This document shows, piece by piece, positions 16,111 to 24,688 of a stretch of 64,000 nt of DNA. A model generated the notes under the pieces. It did not search any database and was not told where the DNA came from. It worked only from the letters and a program-made list of their open reading frames with translations. Source of the DNA: a virus; IMG/VR virus record IMGVR_UViG_3300046513_000134, positions 1-64,000 of that record; one strand, 5' to 3'. Within the stretch, counting starts at the first letter, position 1. The number at the start of each line of letters is the position of its first letter. Position numbers and translations under genes: made by a program.

Positions 16111-16560
16111 CTACAGGTCCTTGAGGAACACGAACCCCTCGACGTGCTTTGACGCGTCGTACGTGCCCGAGATGTACGCTTCCATCCCACGGTGTTGGAC
16201 CTCAGACCGGGTGACCACCACCTGCTTCGCGGTGTAATTCCAACCCGGGATCTTTGTCAGGTCGAACCAGCGTTCGCGCCCGTTGAACTTCGGGGCAATC
16301 AGCCACTTGGCCGACTTCTTCAGTTTCGGGTGCGCGCCCGAGGTGCGGGTGGCGCTTTCCAGATCCAGAACCACCAGCTCATCCATGCGGTTGGAAACCG
16401 GAGTTTCGACCACTACCGGAGTTTCGTCAGTCTGGCCAGTTGCGCCTTCCAGAACCGTGCCGGCATTTGGGTCGATCGTTTCGACCGGGGCGATCGGGGC
16501 GATCGTGCCAGATGCGAGCATTGCGGATACGATTGGGAGAGTGACGTTTTTCTTAGACAT
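16111..16560 (-). CDS. Hypothetical protein, paralog of 23769-24227
   Basis: MSKKNVTL...KWLIAPKFNGRERWFDLTKI. Confidence 0.85.
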   Translation of the reverse strand: MSKKNVTLPIVSAMLASGTIAPIAPVETIDPNAGTVLEGATGQTDETPVVVETPVSNRMDELVVLDLESATRTSGAHPKLKKSAKWLIAPKFNGRERWFDLTKIPGWNYTAKQVVVTRSEVQHRGMEAYISGTYDASKHVEGFVFLKDL

Positions 16561-16632
16561 GGGAGAAATCCTTTCGATCCCAAAACCGGCTTGCCCCGGT
16601 CGGCCCCGTTCCTGTTTGGTCCGGTAGATCCA

Positions 16633-16660
16633 ACGCTAAGGATTTCCACATGTTGGTCAA
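16633..16660 (-). promoter_or_regulatory. Class-2 promoter TTGACC-N16-TAGCGT
   Basis: Consensus match upstream of 16560. Confidence 0.65.
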
Positions 16661-16911
16661 GAAGAAAAATGCGAGGGCTTGCTGTTTTTTTTCGCCGCAC
16701 GAGCACGCGCACGCGCCGCAGGCGCTCAGGTCCGACGACCACGACAACTGGTTTGACGGGCCGCCACTGCTCACCACCGCAATCGAGGGGCAAAGGTGGA
16801 TAATGATGACCGAGGCCCTGACAGCCCGAGTACAAACGCGCATGCGCGACACACGCACGCACGCAAAGAACCCCGGCAACTGCCGAGGCTCCGTGCAACA
16901 TGTTGCAATGA

Positions 16912-17118
16912 TTACGCGACGTCCTCCAGCTCCTCGACCCCCCGGATCGACCACACCACCCACGTGCCATACTCCAGCTTGACCGTGTACATCTTGCCGC
17001 GCGACCCATAATCATCGACCTTGATGACCTCGAACACCGGCTCCATCTTGCTCCGACCACAGGTGGCCATCCACTCCTTGCTGACCTTGATCCGCATCTC
17101 AATAACCCTCCCACTCAC
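16912..17118 (-). CDS. Hypothetical protein
   Basis: Coupled ORF. Confidence 0.6.
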   Translation of the reverse strand: MSGRVIEMRIKVSKEWMATCGRSKMEPVFEVIKVDDYGSRGKMYTVKLEYGTWVVWSIRGVEELEDVA

Positions 17119-17305
17119 AATCTGGCCCCGACATCACGGCGACGAAAGTGACCTTGACGCCGTAGAAATTCTCCAGCCGCTTCATGTTGCGGCGACCGAA
17201 CGGCCGACCTGCTGCCGTATGGGCGACTGCATCCTCATAGGCCAGCCAATCATTCAGGCCCTCGACCTGAAAAAACTGGCCATGCGTATTCGCGAAAACA
17301 AACAT
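17099..17305 (-). CDS. Hypothetical protein
   Basis: AAAGGAG SD; start MFVFANTH. Confidence 0.65.
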   Translation of the reverse strand: MFVFANTHGQFFQVEGLNDWLAYEDAVAHTAAGRPFGRRNMKRLENFYGVKVTFVAVMSGPDCEWEGY

Positions 17306-17343
17306 CGGAAACTCCTTTTCCTCGGCGGGATGCCGTGCCGCCA

Positions 17344-17371
17344 ACGCTATGCAGTGGCACTTGGCCGTCAA
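17344..17371 (-). promoter_or_regulatory. Class-2 promoter TTGACG-N16-TAGCGT
   Basis: Consensus match upstream of 17305. Confidence 0.65.
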
Positions 17372-17593
17372 GCTAAATCGACCGCCCCAGTGCAATTTGT
17401 TGCACACGATGAACGCACGCAGATACGCAACCGACGTGCCAGATGCAACGACCACCGCGACTTTCGCACGGCCACGCGCGCGCAACCACAACCACCACTG
17501 CGCCACCACCACTGCACTGCGACGCGCACAACGACCACCACAACTGCGGCCACGACCACGACTGGCGCATATACAGTTGCGGACCAGCATATA

Positions 17594-17818
17594 CTATTTG
17601 GCTTTGGCCTTCCGCTTGTCGCGCCACCGCTTCTGGATTTCCGCCTTGCTCAGCTTCACTTCTTTGACCTGACCACCCCGTTTGCGCTTGGCCACCACCA
17701 CTGGCGCGGCCACAACAACCACCTCTTCTACGACATGCTGACTAGCATATACCGTTTGCTTCAGCAGTTCGGCCTGTATCTTCTTGAACTCTTCGAGGGC
17801 TGAACCCATCACTCTCAC
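17594..17818 (-). CDS. Small basic hypothetical protein
   Basis: AAGGAG SD; LSKAEIQKRWRDKRK C-terminus. Confidence 0.65.
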   Translation of the reverse strand: MRVMGSALEEFKKIQAELLKQTVYASQHVVEEVVVVAAPVVVAKRKRGGQVKEVKLSKAEIQKRWRDKRKAKAK

Positions 17819-17823
17819 TCCTT

Positions 17824-17926
17824 ATTCAACATCTACATGGTAGGGTATTCAACATCTACACTTTGGTATTCAACATCTACATCTACAGCATTCAATATCT
17901 ACACGCAATAGCATTCAACATCTACA
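17824..17926. repeat. Five iteron-like 14-bp repeats ATTCAA(C/T)ATCTACA
   Basis: Starts at 17824, 17847, 17868, 17890, 17913 (period 21-23 bp). Confidence 0.92.
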
Positions 17927-18077
17927 CACCAGAGCCGCCACCTAAACCAAATTATGTAATGATTACCGTCCCTTACGCGCGCGGAAGCAACTGCACTTGC
18001 CAGTCTACAACGGCTACTAGGCGGCTTAACAGCGGATTTTGGGTTCGGACCTATGATATTACTAGCTTATATAAGGT

Positions 18078-18184
18078 GTCCCCGCGATTTTAAATTGGGT
18101 CCCCGCGACTGCTATTGATACCACAGGGATAATGGGGGATTTACTACTGGTGTTTTGGGGGGTGTTTTGAGCGTGTCCCCGCGA
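18078..18184. repeat. GTCCCCGCGA x3 in an AT-richer non-coding region
   Basis: Copies at 18078, 18099, 18175. Confidence 0.8.
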
Positions 18185-18295
18185 TTGTCCACGTGGACAT
18201 GGGGGACGTGCAATATGTTGCACAGGGACGATTACGTCTGTCCTTGACGATTACAGGGGCAACGGGGGTTCGGACCCCATTGAAACCCTTGTTCT

Positions 18296-18595
18296 TCAGG
18301 CCTCCACGATCTCCTGTGTCTCGACCATCAGGACTTGGTCACCGTCCTGCCTGAAGGCGATGAATGTCCCGGGTGTGGCCTCATCGACGTAACCGTGGAA
18401 CAGTTCCTTCGGCATCCATACCTCATCTGGAGTGGCGTACACCCGACCGTACTCCATGATCAGCCATACGTCCGGGTGCATCGCGAGGACGTTTGCCAGA
18501 AGCTGTGGGTTGGTGGTCCACTCTGCCAACGGGTGCTTGCCCTCGACCTCGGTGATCCCCTGCAACTTGGTCTGAATGATATTGACGTGTGCCAT
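18296..18595 (-). CDS. Hypothetical protein
   Basis: SD and codon usage. Confidence 0.7.
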   Translation of the reverse strand: MAHVNIIQTKLQGITEVEGKHPLAEWTTNPQLLANVLAMHPDVWLIMEYGRVYATPDEVWMPKELFHGYVDEATPGTFIAFRQDGDQVLMVETQEIVEA

Positions 18596-18607
18596 GATTG
18601 GTCCCCT

Positions 18608-18799
18608 TCAGGCTTTGCTGGCTTCGTTGATGACGTGGTTGACGTACTCGTAAGTCGCGATCAACCCCTCGTCCCACATTTTCGTGTATTCCGTGATCCG
18701 CTTTGCGTACTCCATGTCGAGGGTCCGGGCCGCGTCATTGGTACGTGCGTCATCGAAGAGGGCCTGCACGCGATCGTGGATGGGGAGACATGCGTTCAT
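18608..18799 (-). CDS. Hypothetical protein
   Basis: AAAGGAG SD after a class-1 promoter. Confidence 0.7.
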   Translation of the reverse strand: MNACLPIHDRVQALFDDARTNDAARTLDMEYAKRITEYTKMWDEGLIATYEYVNHVINEASKA

Positions 18800-18828
18800 C
18801 AGATCAACTCCTTTGTTTCTGATTATTC

Positions 18829-18857
18829 ATTGTCCCATGGGAGCTACTTGGGATCAA
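18829..18857 (-). promoter_or_regulatory. Class-1 early promoter TTGATC-N17-GACAAT
   Basis: One of about 10 same-geometry promoters with a conserved GTNGY in the spacer. Confidence 0.7.
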
Positions 18858-19087
18858 TCGTCCCACTCAAAATAAACGTCAGTCTTGAGCACAAAGCTTG
18901 GAACGTCCACGTTCTTGAAGCCACGGTTTTCCAGTTCCGTCCTGATAGAGTGACGAAAACTATCATCGTGATAGATACGGAGATAAGCCCCGTTACCACT
19001 GCGATTGTTTCTGACCGCATACGCGATGCGATCGTCCAGTTCATCCATGTTACCGCGACGGGCGTCATCGGCTGTGAACCTAGCCAT
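18854..19087 (-). CDS. Hypothetical protein
   Basis: AAGGAG SD. Confidence 0.7.
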   Translation of the reverse strand: MARFTADDARRGNMDELDDRIAYAVRNNRSGNGAYLRIYHDDSFRHSIRTELENRGFKNVDVPSFVLKTDVYFEWDD

Positions 19088-19379
19088 TGATATACTCCTT
19101 GTAAGCCATCGCGAAGAACGCCGACCGCGTCATACCGTGGGCCTCGCAATAAGCGTCGATCGCTTTCAGGAGGATCGGATCGATACTAATGTTGATGCGT
19201 TTGTGCTTAGACATCGGGGCAATCCTCATCGGCTACCTTTTCCCGGGCTGCGGCCAACAACCTCTGGACCACCACAGCATCGCCAACCAACCGCGTCTTG
19301 CTGCACCACAACTCGACCTGCCGGCGACCACGCTTGGTGAAATACAGTTCCTCATACGAGAGCATATACATTTCGGCCA

Positions 19380-19619
19380 TTACTTGAACCTCCCTGATTG
19401 GTGCCACCCCGAGGACGTGTGGTGGGCGAAGGCATAGTTGACCCTCGCCTCGACCAGTTCGTCAATCATCTCCATGAGCTTACGACTGTGGTGGTCGAGG
19501 TGAGGATCGTTACCATCACCAAAGGCCAGCAGCGCCTCATAGAGGTCGTCGCGGGCTACGTTGACCGCGATCGCCTCATTCGGGTGCTTGTCTGTATCGA
19601 TGTCGATACTGTCAGCCAT
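19380..19619 (-). CDS. Hypothetical protein
   Basis: Coupled ORF. Confidence 0.65.
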   Translation of the reverse strand: MADSIDIDTDKHPNEAIAVNVARDDLYEALLAFGDGNDPHLDHHSRKLMEMIDELVEARVNYAFAHHTSSGWHQSGRFK

Positions 19620-19818
19620 GACGCTGGACCACCCTGTCGCTGTTGAGTTTGGCCATGACCGAGGTCAGGTCGCCTTCTACCATGCACGTGATGTTGTTCA
19701 TGAGGTACAGCCGCGTGAACCGCCGTGGTTCATCCACGTCTGGTCGGGCGGTGATAACCATGTCGGAGTTGACCAAGACGTTCTCGTGCTTGGTGACGTC
19801 GAGCAGCATGACGATCAT
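19612..19818 (-). CDS. FlbD/SwrD-like small protein
   Basis: VLVNSDMV....TRLYLMNN....VEGDLTSVMAKL pattern. Confidence 0.45.
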   Translation of the reverse strand: MIVMLLDVTKHENVLVNSDMVITARPDVDEPRRFTRLYLMNNITCMVEGDLTSVMAKLNSDRVVQRHG

Positions 19819-20108
19819 CGGTCCAGTACCTCCGCCCCGATACGGTAATGATCACCGTCACGGAAGTGACTGTTGCGGAGCTGGGACGACGATTGGGGTG
19901 GGACCCGCGTCAAGGCCAGACAGTAACCGAGGTGGGGTGGGAACTTGGCGTAGAACTCGGTGTAGGCCGCGTGGGCCTCCTCCAGCGAGATCTGCTCACC
20001 GAGGTAAGCCTTGAAGTAGAACGCGTGGCCACTGCCATGCTCGCGTTCCCATGTGTCCAACGTCTTCTTCAGCTTCGAGACGTTGATGTAATAGCCACTC
20101 TGGATCAT
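19815..20108 (-). CDS. Hypothetical protein
   Basis: Coupled ORF. Confidence 0.65.
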   Translation of the reverse strand: MIQSGYYINVSKLKKTLDTWEREHGSGHAFYFKAYLGEQISLEEAHAAYTEFYAKFPPHLGYCLALTRVPPQSSSQLRNSHFRDGDHYRIGAEVLDR

Positions 20109-20338
20109 GCTCCCCTCCTCATCAGTTCGGCATGCAGAGCGTTGTAGATCAGCTCGACGTGCCCCTTGGCGTTTTCCTTGGTGACCGTGCGGCCGCTCAT
20201 CTGGGCAACCCCGGCGATCAGATCATCGACCATACCCGGGCAGGTCATTGCTGCCTTCACCCGGTTCTTGGTCAGCTTCAACTGCGGAACGGACATCTTC
20301 CGTATCTTCTGCTGCAGGATACGTTGTGCCTCGTTCAT
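20105..20338 (-). CDS. Hypothetical protein
   Basis: GGAGG SD; coupled. Confidence 0.65.
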   Translation of the reverse strand: MNEAQRILQQKIRKMSVPQLKLTKNRVKAAMTCPGMVDDLIAGVAQMSGRTVTKENAKGHVELIYNALHAELMRRGA

Positions 20339-20586
20339 AGCGAGCCCTCCGTGATACGGGGTGGGAATTCAGCAAACGACGTGGCGAATTTCTGGATGAC
20401 TTCGCCGGCCCCGGGTGCGGTGTAGATCGACCACGAGGGCGCGAAGCCCCAGTCCCTGAGTGCAGCCATCACCGCGTCACGCTGGTCCTTGCCTTGGACG
20501 TGTTCGTGCGTTTTCATGGTCGCCGGCAAGTTGCCCATCATGGTCTTGTAATTGACCTCGACCACGTAAATCAGGTCTTCAGACAT
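20335..20586 (-). CDS. Hypothetical protein
   Basis: Start MSEDLIYV after GGAGG. Confidence 0.6.
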   Translation of the reverse strand: MSEDLIYVVEVNYKTMMGNLPATMKTHEHVQGKDQRDAVMAALRDWGFAPSWSIYTAPGAGEVIQKFATSFAEFPPRITEGSL

Positions 20587-20812
20587 CACTGCCCTCCTCA
20601 TAGTATTCGAAGCCCACGCCATTGTGGTCCTCAGCGTAACCCTCGACCCCGCCATTGTAGCGCCAGTCGATAATAGGAGACGCCGCGTCCGCCTTCTTGG
20701 TCAGGGGTCGCAACGTCTCCGCGATCGTATCGGCCGCACGGGCGTCGGCCAGTTCATCGTCCTCGACCTCGATCAGGATATCGACCGTGGCCATCATCAC
20801 CTTCAGTGCCAT
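20579..20812 (-). CDS. Hypothetical protein
   Basis: Start MALKVMM. Confidence 0.6.
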   Translation of the reverse strand: MALKVMMATVDILIEVEDDELADARAADTIAETLRPLTKKADAASPIIDWRYNGGVEGYAEDHNGVGFEYYEEGSDV

Positions 20813-20813
20813 T

Positions 20814-21158
20814 TCAGTAGTTCCTTGAGCTATGGGTTTCGACAAAGTACCTGTTGTTGAAGACGTGCCTCACCTCGGATACATAGGTGTTCCAGCAACC
20901 GCAGCAGTCATGCTCGTGCTGGCAGGAGGAGCCCCCGAGGGTGTCCCGGATGGCCTCACAGATCAACGACAGGGGCTGGGGCTCTTCCAGTTCGACCCGG
21001 ACGATCATCGTCGTCTTGGTGGCCTCACAATCATCCTCCTCGTCTACCTCGGTCTCGCGGCAACGAATGTCGAGGGAACCAATGTACTGGTGGGGGTCGA
21101 GGTAGGACCACCCGGCCACGTATGTGTGGCGATTGCGACGTTCAAGAGAGATTGCCAT
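20814..21158 (-). CDS. Hypothetical protein with CxHxHDCCGC motif
   Basis: CQHEHDCCGCW; AAAGGAG SD. Confidence 0.7.
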   Translation of the reverse strand: MAISLERRNRHTYVAGWSYLDPHQYIGSLDIRCRETEVDEEDDCEATKTTMIVRVELEEPQPLSLICEAIRDTLGGSSCQHEHDCCGCWNTYVSEVRHVFNNRYFVETHSSRNY

Positions 21159-21190
21159 CAGTCGAACTCCTTTTCTGATCTGATAATAGG

Positions 21191-21219
21191 AGTGTATCCC
21201 GGGGACCACTTTGGATCAA
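21191..21219 (-). promoter_or_regulatory. Class-1 early promoter TTGATC-N17-TACACT
   Basis: Near-duplicate of the 22500 module including the flanking CCCCGGG. Confidence 0.7.
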
Positions 21220-21410
21220 TCCCCGGGCCTGACATCAGGGCGTGACCTTCAGAGTAGCCTCGACCGTGACGTCACCGTTGACGTAGCTGTCGTGGACACC
21301 ACGGTTGTGGTCGGCTTCGGCCTCCTTGACCGCCCGCTTGAATTTGGCCTCAGACGTGTAATGGACCACGTCGAGACCATACTTGCCATATGTGGCGACC
21401 CAATAGATTT

Positions 21411-21662
21411 TCATGGTTCGTCTCCTTGAACGAGATCAACCAGCTCAGCCGCCCCGACCGTCATGGCCGGCGACAGCGATACGTCAGGAAGATCGGGATT
21501 GTCGTAGTCGAGGCCACTGATGGGCAACTCCTCGTCGTCCTGCTCGGACAGCGTAAGGCAGGTGCCTTCAAGCCCTGCAATTATCATGGTCGCTTCGGCC
21601 GCGTCCTTGGCTTTCACATAGACGGTGGCGTGGATCAGTATGTCGGCGCTGTAGACGTTCAT
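21411..21662 (-). CDS. Hypothetical acidic protein
   Basis: Coupled ORF. Confidence 0.65.
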   Translation of the reverse strand: MNVYSADILIHATVYVKAKDAAEATMIIAGLEGTCLTLSEQDDEELPISGLDYDNPDLPDVSLSPAMTVGAAELVDLVQGDEP

Positions 21663-21946
21663 GGCAACTTCCTTTGCAGATACCGCAGGGTTTCGAGATC
21701 GGTGAGGACGGCGCGGTAATACGACGGTAACACCCGATCCACCAGCGTCAACGAGTGCAGCATGTAGGTGTTGTAGTCCTCGTGGGCGTTCTTGCCATAG
21801 AAGGCGTACTTGCCACCCATCTGGGCGATCAGCATGCCGTAATGCTTACCATTGACGGTGACGGGGTGGATCGTCGCCCGCCTATTCTTGGCCTGACAAA
21901 TGAGGAGCTTTAGGCTCTCGCGCAACGAAATGGGCTTAACCGTCAT
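21659..21946 (-). CDS. Hypothetical protein
   Basis: Start MTVKPISL. Confidence 0.6.
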   Translation of the reverse strand: MTVKPISLRESLKLLICQAKNRRATIHPVTVNGKHYGMLIAQMGGKYAFYGKNAHEDYNTYMLHSLTLVDRVLPSYYRAVLTDLETLRYLQRKLP

Positions 21947-22166
21947 GGTGGAAATCCTCGTAGCTATCGGACTGCTTGTCGATGCCACTGAAATCTTCTT
22001 CGGCCCACTCTTCCATATCAGAAACGGGCTCGGCCGACAGGTCGGTGCCCTGCTGCATCATCACCTCGAACTCGGGGAGAGCCGCCTTGAACTCGAAGAG
22101 GAAGTCCAGCGACAGATGGGTGTAGCCCGCCTTCAGGGCCATGGCTGTAAGCTTAGGAAACGGCAT
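21936..22166 (-). CDS. Hypothetical protein
   Basis: Start MPFPKLT after GGAG. Confidence 0.55.
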   Translation of the reverse strand: MPFPKLTAMALKAGYTHLSLDFLFEFKAALPEFEVMMQQGTDLSAEPVSDMEEWAEEDFSGIDKQSDSYEDFHHDG

Positions 22167-22167
22167 G

Positions 22168-22470
22168 TCAGAACTCCCCGTACATGGCGTTGATGACCGA
22201 GGTGATTTGGGGAACCAGTACGATCGGGCCACCCCGGACCTCAGTGACCTTGTCAGAGAGGTTGGCGTCCTCGACCCATTCCCGGACCACGTTGTTGCTG
22301 TAGGCCGTGACCCGCGAGTGGTGGCCTTCGGACTGGGTGTCGATGTCGAACCGCAGGGCCAGCTTGAGGAACAACTGATGAGTGGCCCCGCCACCACCGG
22401 TCGGGCAGACCGTGGCCAACGCGGCGACCAACATAGACATTTCATTACGGGTAAGGTCAATCTCAGACAT
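22168..22470 (-). CDS. Hypothetical protein
   Basis: AAAGGAG SD. Confidence 0.7.
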   Translation of the reverse strand: MSEIDLTRNEMSMLVAALATVCPTGGGGATHQLFLKLALRFDIDTQSEGHHSRVTAYSNNVVREWVEDANLSDKVTEVRGGPIVLVPQITSVINAMYGEF

Positions 22471-22499
22471 CGGTCAAACTCCTTTTAATCCGATGATCT

Positions 22500-22528
22500 A
22501 TTGTCTCCCGGGGACGACGGTTAATCAA
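22500..22528 (-). promoter_or_regulatory. Class-1 early promoter TTGATT-N17-GACAAT
   Basis: Consensus match. Confidence 0.7.
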
Positions 22529-22557
22529 TCCCCGGGCCTACCTTTAGCCATGAGCGG

Positions 22558-22800
22558 CTAGGCGTAGTACCGCTCAATGGAGTACTTGTCGCGCTTGCGC
22601 CTGTCGGCAATGCTCTCGGTCATGACCTTGAGGTATTCCTGTCGGCCGGCTCCGCCAAGGTTGGACAACGGGAACGTACACTCCCATACGGTGATGCCGT
22701 TCTCCTGTACCTCCTCCAGCGCCTCGGTGTTGCCGAGGTACAATTCTCCACGGTACGCGCGACCGTGCAGTTCTTGCTCGTGAACGTAGTCTGGGGTCAT
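22558..22800 (-). CDS. Hypothetical protein
   Basis: Coupled ORF. Confidence 0.65.
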   Translation of the reverse strand: MTPDYVHEQELHGRAYRGELYLGNTEALEEVQENGITVWECTFPLSNLGGAGRQEYLKVMTESIADRRKRDKYSIERYYA

Positions 22801-23036
22801 CGTTCGATTACCTCTGCCTTGAGTTCGTATCGGGTTCCCGCTCCACCACCGGGGGCGTTAACCAGATCGTGGTAGGCATCGACTAGTTCCTCGGCCTCAG
22901 CCCGTGTGGCGAATTTGGTGTAGGCCGACCCGATCGACATCCGTGACAGGAAAGGATCGGTCAACGACTTCCTCCGGTCCTTGAAGAACTTCGGGTAACC
23001 CTCGGGGTGGACCGGCGTGTATTGAACGTAGAACAT
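22797..23036 (-). CDS. Hypothetical protein
   Basis: AAAGGAG SD. Confidence 0.7.
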   Translation of the reverse strand: MFYVQYTPVHPEGYPKFFKDRRKSLTDPFLSRMSIGSAYTKFATRAEAEELVDAYHDLVNAPGGGAGTRYELKAEVIER

Positions 23037-23071
23037 GGGTAGAACTCCTTTTCATTCCCATTTACACGGGT

Positions 23072-23100
23072 AGTGTCTCCCGGGAACAACAGGAGATCAA
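23072..23100 (-). promoter_or_regulatory. Class-1 early promoter TTGATC-N17-GACACT, with a TGCAA-N4-TTGCA box 10 bp upstream
   Basis: Consensus match; box at 23110-23123. Confidence 0.7.
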
Positions 23101-23123
23101 GGGTCGGCGTGCAATATGTTGCA

Positions 23124-23405
23124 CTACTGGGCGAATTGATTGCCCATGAAGCCGCCGTAGCAGTTCTTGCCGTTGGGGTCACAGACCCGGGCCTGATTGT
23201 CCGTCATCTTGCAGAGACCCATACCGAGGGTGACGTACTTGTCGGGTTCGATACGGTGGCAGAGACTGTAGTCGCCACGTTCGACCTCGCCGGCTGAGGC
23301 ACAGACCATCATCAGCCCGTCCTTCTCGTCGGCCTTGGCCTTCGGTGCGAAGACGAGAAGACCTGCCACAAAGGACAGGCCGCAAACCAGAATGAACTTA
23401 TCCAT
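23124..23405 (-). CDS. Small exported Cys-rich protein
   Basis: Signal peptide MDKFILVCGLSFVAGLLVFAPKAKA; 5 Cys in the mature part. Confidence 0.7.
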   Translation of the reverse strand: MDKFILVCGLSFVAGLLVFAPKAKADEKDGLMMVCASAGEVERGDYSLCHRIEPDKYVTLGMGLCKMTDNQARVCDPNGKNCYGGFMGNQFAQ

Positions 23406-23461
23406 TAGCTACTCCCTAGAACGAAAAAAACCGGGGCATTCGCGCCCCGGCAAGTTGCTCT

Positions 23462-23695
23462 CTACCTCCGGCTTAACCCCGCCGTGGGGAACTGGTGAAC
23501 GGTGGCTGGCGCGTAATCGAGCGTCAGCTTGGTGATAGCGTATCCGAGGGTTCGGATACTGTGGGGCGTGAACGATCGCTGCTGTGCATCCTTGAGGGCG
23601 ACCAGCATTGCAGCCCGCTCGTCTTCAGTCAGGATGACCATGTGGACCTCGGCTGCTCGGCACTGCGCTTCCAGTTCTGCTACTGTCTTTGGCAT
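23462..23695 (-). CDS. Hypothetical protein
   Basis: AAAGGAG SD; followed by a terminator (23424-23450). Confidence 0.65.
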   Translation of the reverse strand: MPKTVAELEAQCRAAEVHMVILTEDERAAMLVALKDAQQRSFTPHSIRTLGYAITKLTLDYAPATVHQFPTAGLSRR

Positions 23696-23720
23696 GACAT
23701 TCGCTCCTTTGCTACTGGCA

Positions 23721-23747
23721 AAAGGGGAAGGCCCGAAGGCCTCCCCC
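23721..23747 (-). terminator. Intrinsic terminator
   Basis: GGGGAGGCC TTCG GGCCTTCCCC plus T tract. Confidence 0.75.
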
Positions 23748-23768
23748 GTTCTTGGGTGATGTCGAGGG

Positions 23769-24227
23769 TTACTCGACTACGGCATCCTTCACGATGAAGG
23801 CCTGCATGTCGCGCTGGACCGCTTCCTTGTAGGTGACGATGGCGTACAAGCCGTCGTCGTCCTTACCCCAGTTGTGGATCTTGGTCCGGTCGAACCAACG
23901 TTCGCGGCCCTTGAACATCGGCGTCCGTATCCACTTCGGCTCGCCCGAGGCCATCTTCGCCCCGTGTTCGTAGGTGCCTTCCGGCATCCGCAGCTTGACC
24001 AGCTTCTTGTCGTTGACCTTGTCGGCTGCTTCGACCACCGGGGTCTCCGTCTCCGTCGTGGGTTCGACCAGCGACTGGAGAACAGCCGGCGTTTCAGTCT
24101 GGGCGGTGAGGACCGTCATGGCCGCGTCGATCGCGTCGCCGTGAGGGGTATGGGACTTGGTTGCCTGAGCAGCCTTGGCTGCGCCGAGTGCGGTGAGCGA
24201 TGCGAGAGTGACAGTTTTCTTCGACAT
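23769..24227 (-). CDS. Hypothetical protein, paralog of 16111-16560
   Basis: MSKKTVTL...KWIRTPMFKGRERWFDRTKI. Confidence 0.85.
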   Translation of the reverse strand: MSKKTVTLASLTALGAAKAAQATKSHTPHGDAIDAAMTVLTAQTETPAVLQSLVEPTTETETPVVEAADKVNDKKLVKLRMPEGTYEHGAKMASGEPKWIRTPMFKGRERWFDRTKIHNWGKDDDGLYAIVTYKEAVQRDMQAFIVKDAVVE

Positions 24228-24412
24228 GGGACGAATTCCTTTCAAATCCCGGTTGCATTCCCCGATGTCTTCGTGATCACCGGATTGATTGAAGAATGTC
24301 AGGGTAGCGACCCTTTCTCAATAGGGTAACCTACTCTTTTTTCTCGACTATCTGCGGGGTGCCCGGGTTTTTGGGACACACACGAAGAACGCGCACGCAC
24401 GCGCGCTGGGCC

Positions 24413-24688
24413 TCACCTACCGGGCCACCTCCGCTTGACCAACTCAACTGTCAGACGTACCAGCTCAACCACCAGCTTGACGTACAGCATAGCGCACCAG
24501 CCCAACATGGCAACCAGCATCAGCACCAGCAACAACGGGTACATCGGCAGCCGCAGCACCTGCAACAGCCACGGCCGGGGCTTGGGGGCGCTGGCTAGCA
24601 TATACAGTTGCGCCCCGGCATCGCCACGGCCACTGGGGACGGAGGGGAGGGCGTCAGCCAGCATATACTCTTTTGTCTTATCAATCAT
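24413..24688 (-). CDS. Putative membrane protein
   Basis: Hydrophobic C-terminal half; coupled. Confidence 0.5.
   Translation of the reverse strand: MIDKTKEYMLADALPSVPSGRGDAGAQLYMLASAPKPRPWLLQVLRLPMYPLLLVLMLVAMLGWCAMLYVKLVVELVRLTVELVKRRWPGR

Noticed and set aside
17824-17926. CRISPR mini-array
   Set aside because: 14-bp repeats with only 7-9-bp spacers; no cas operon
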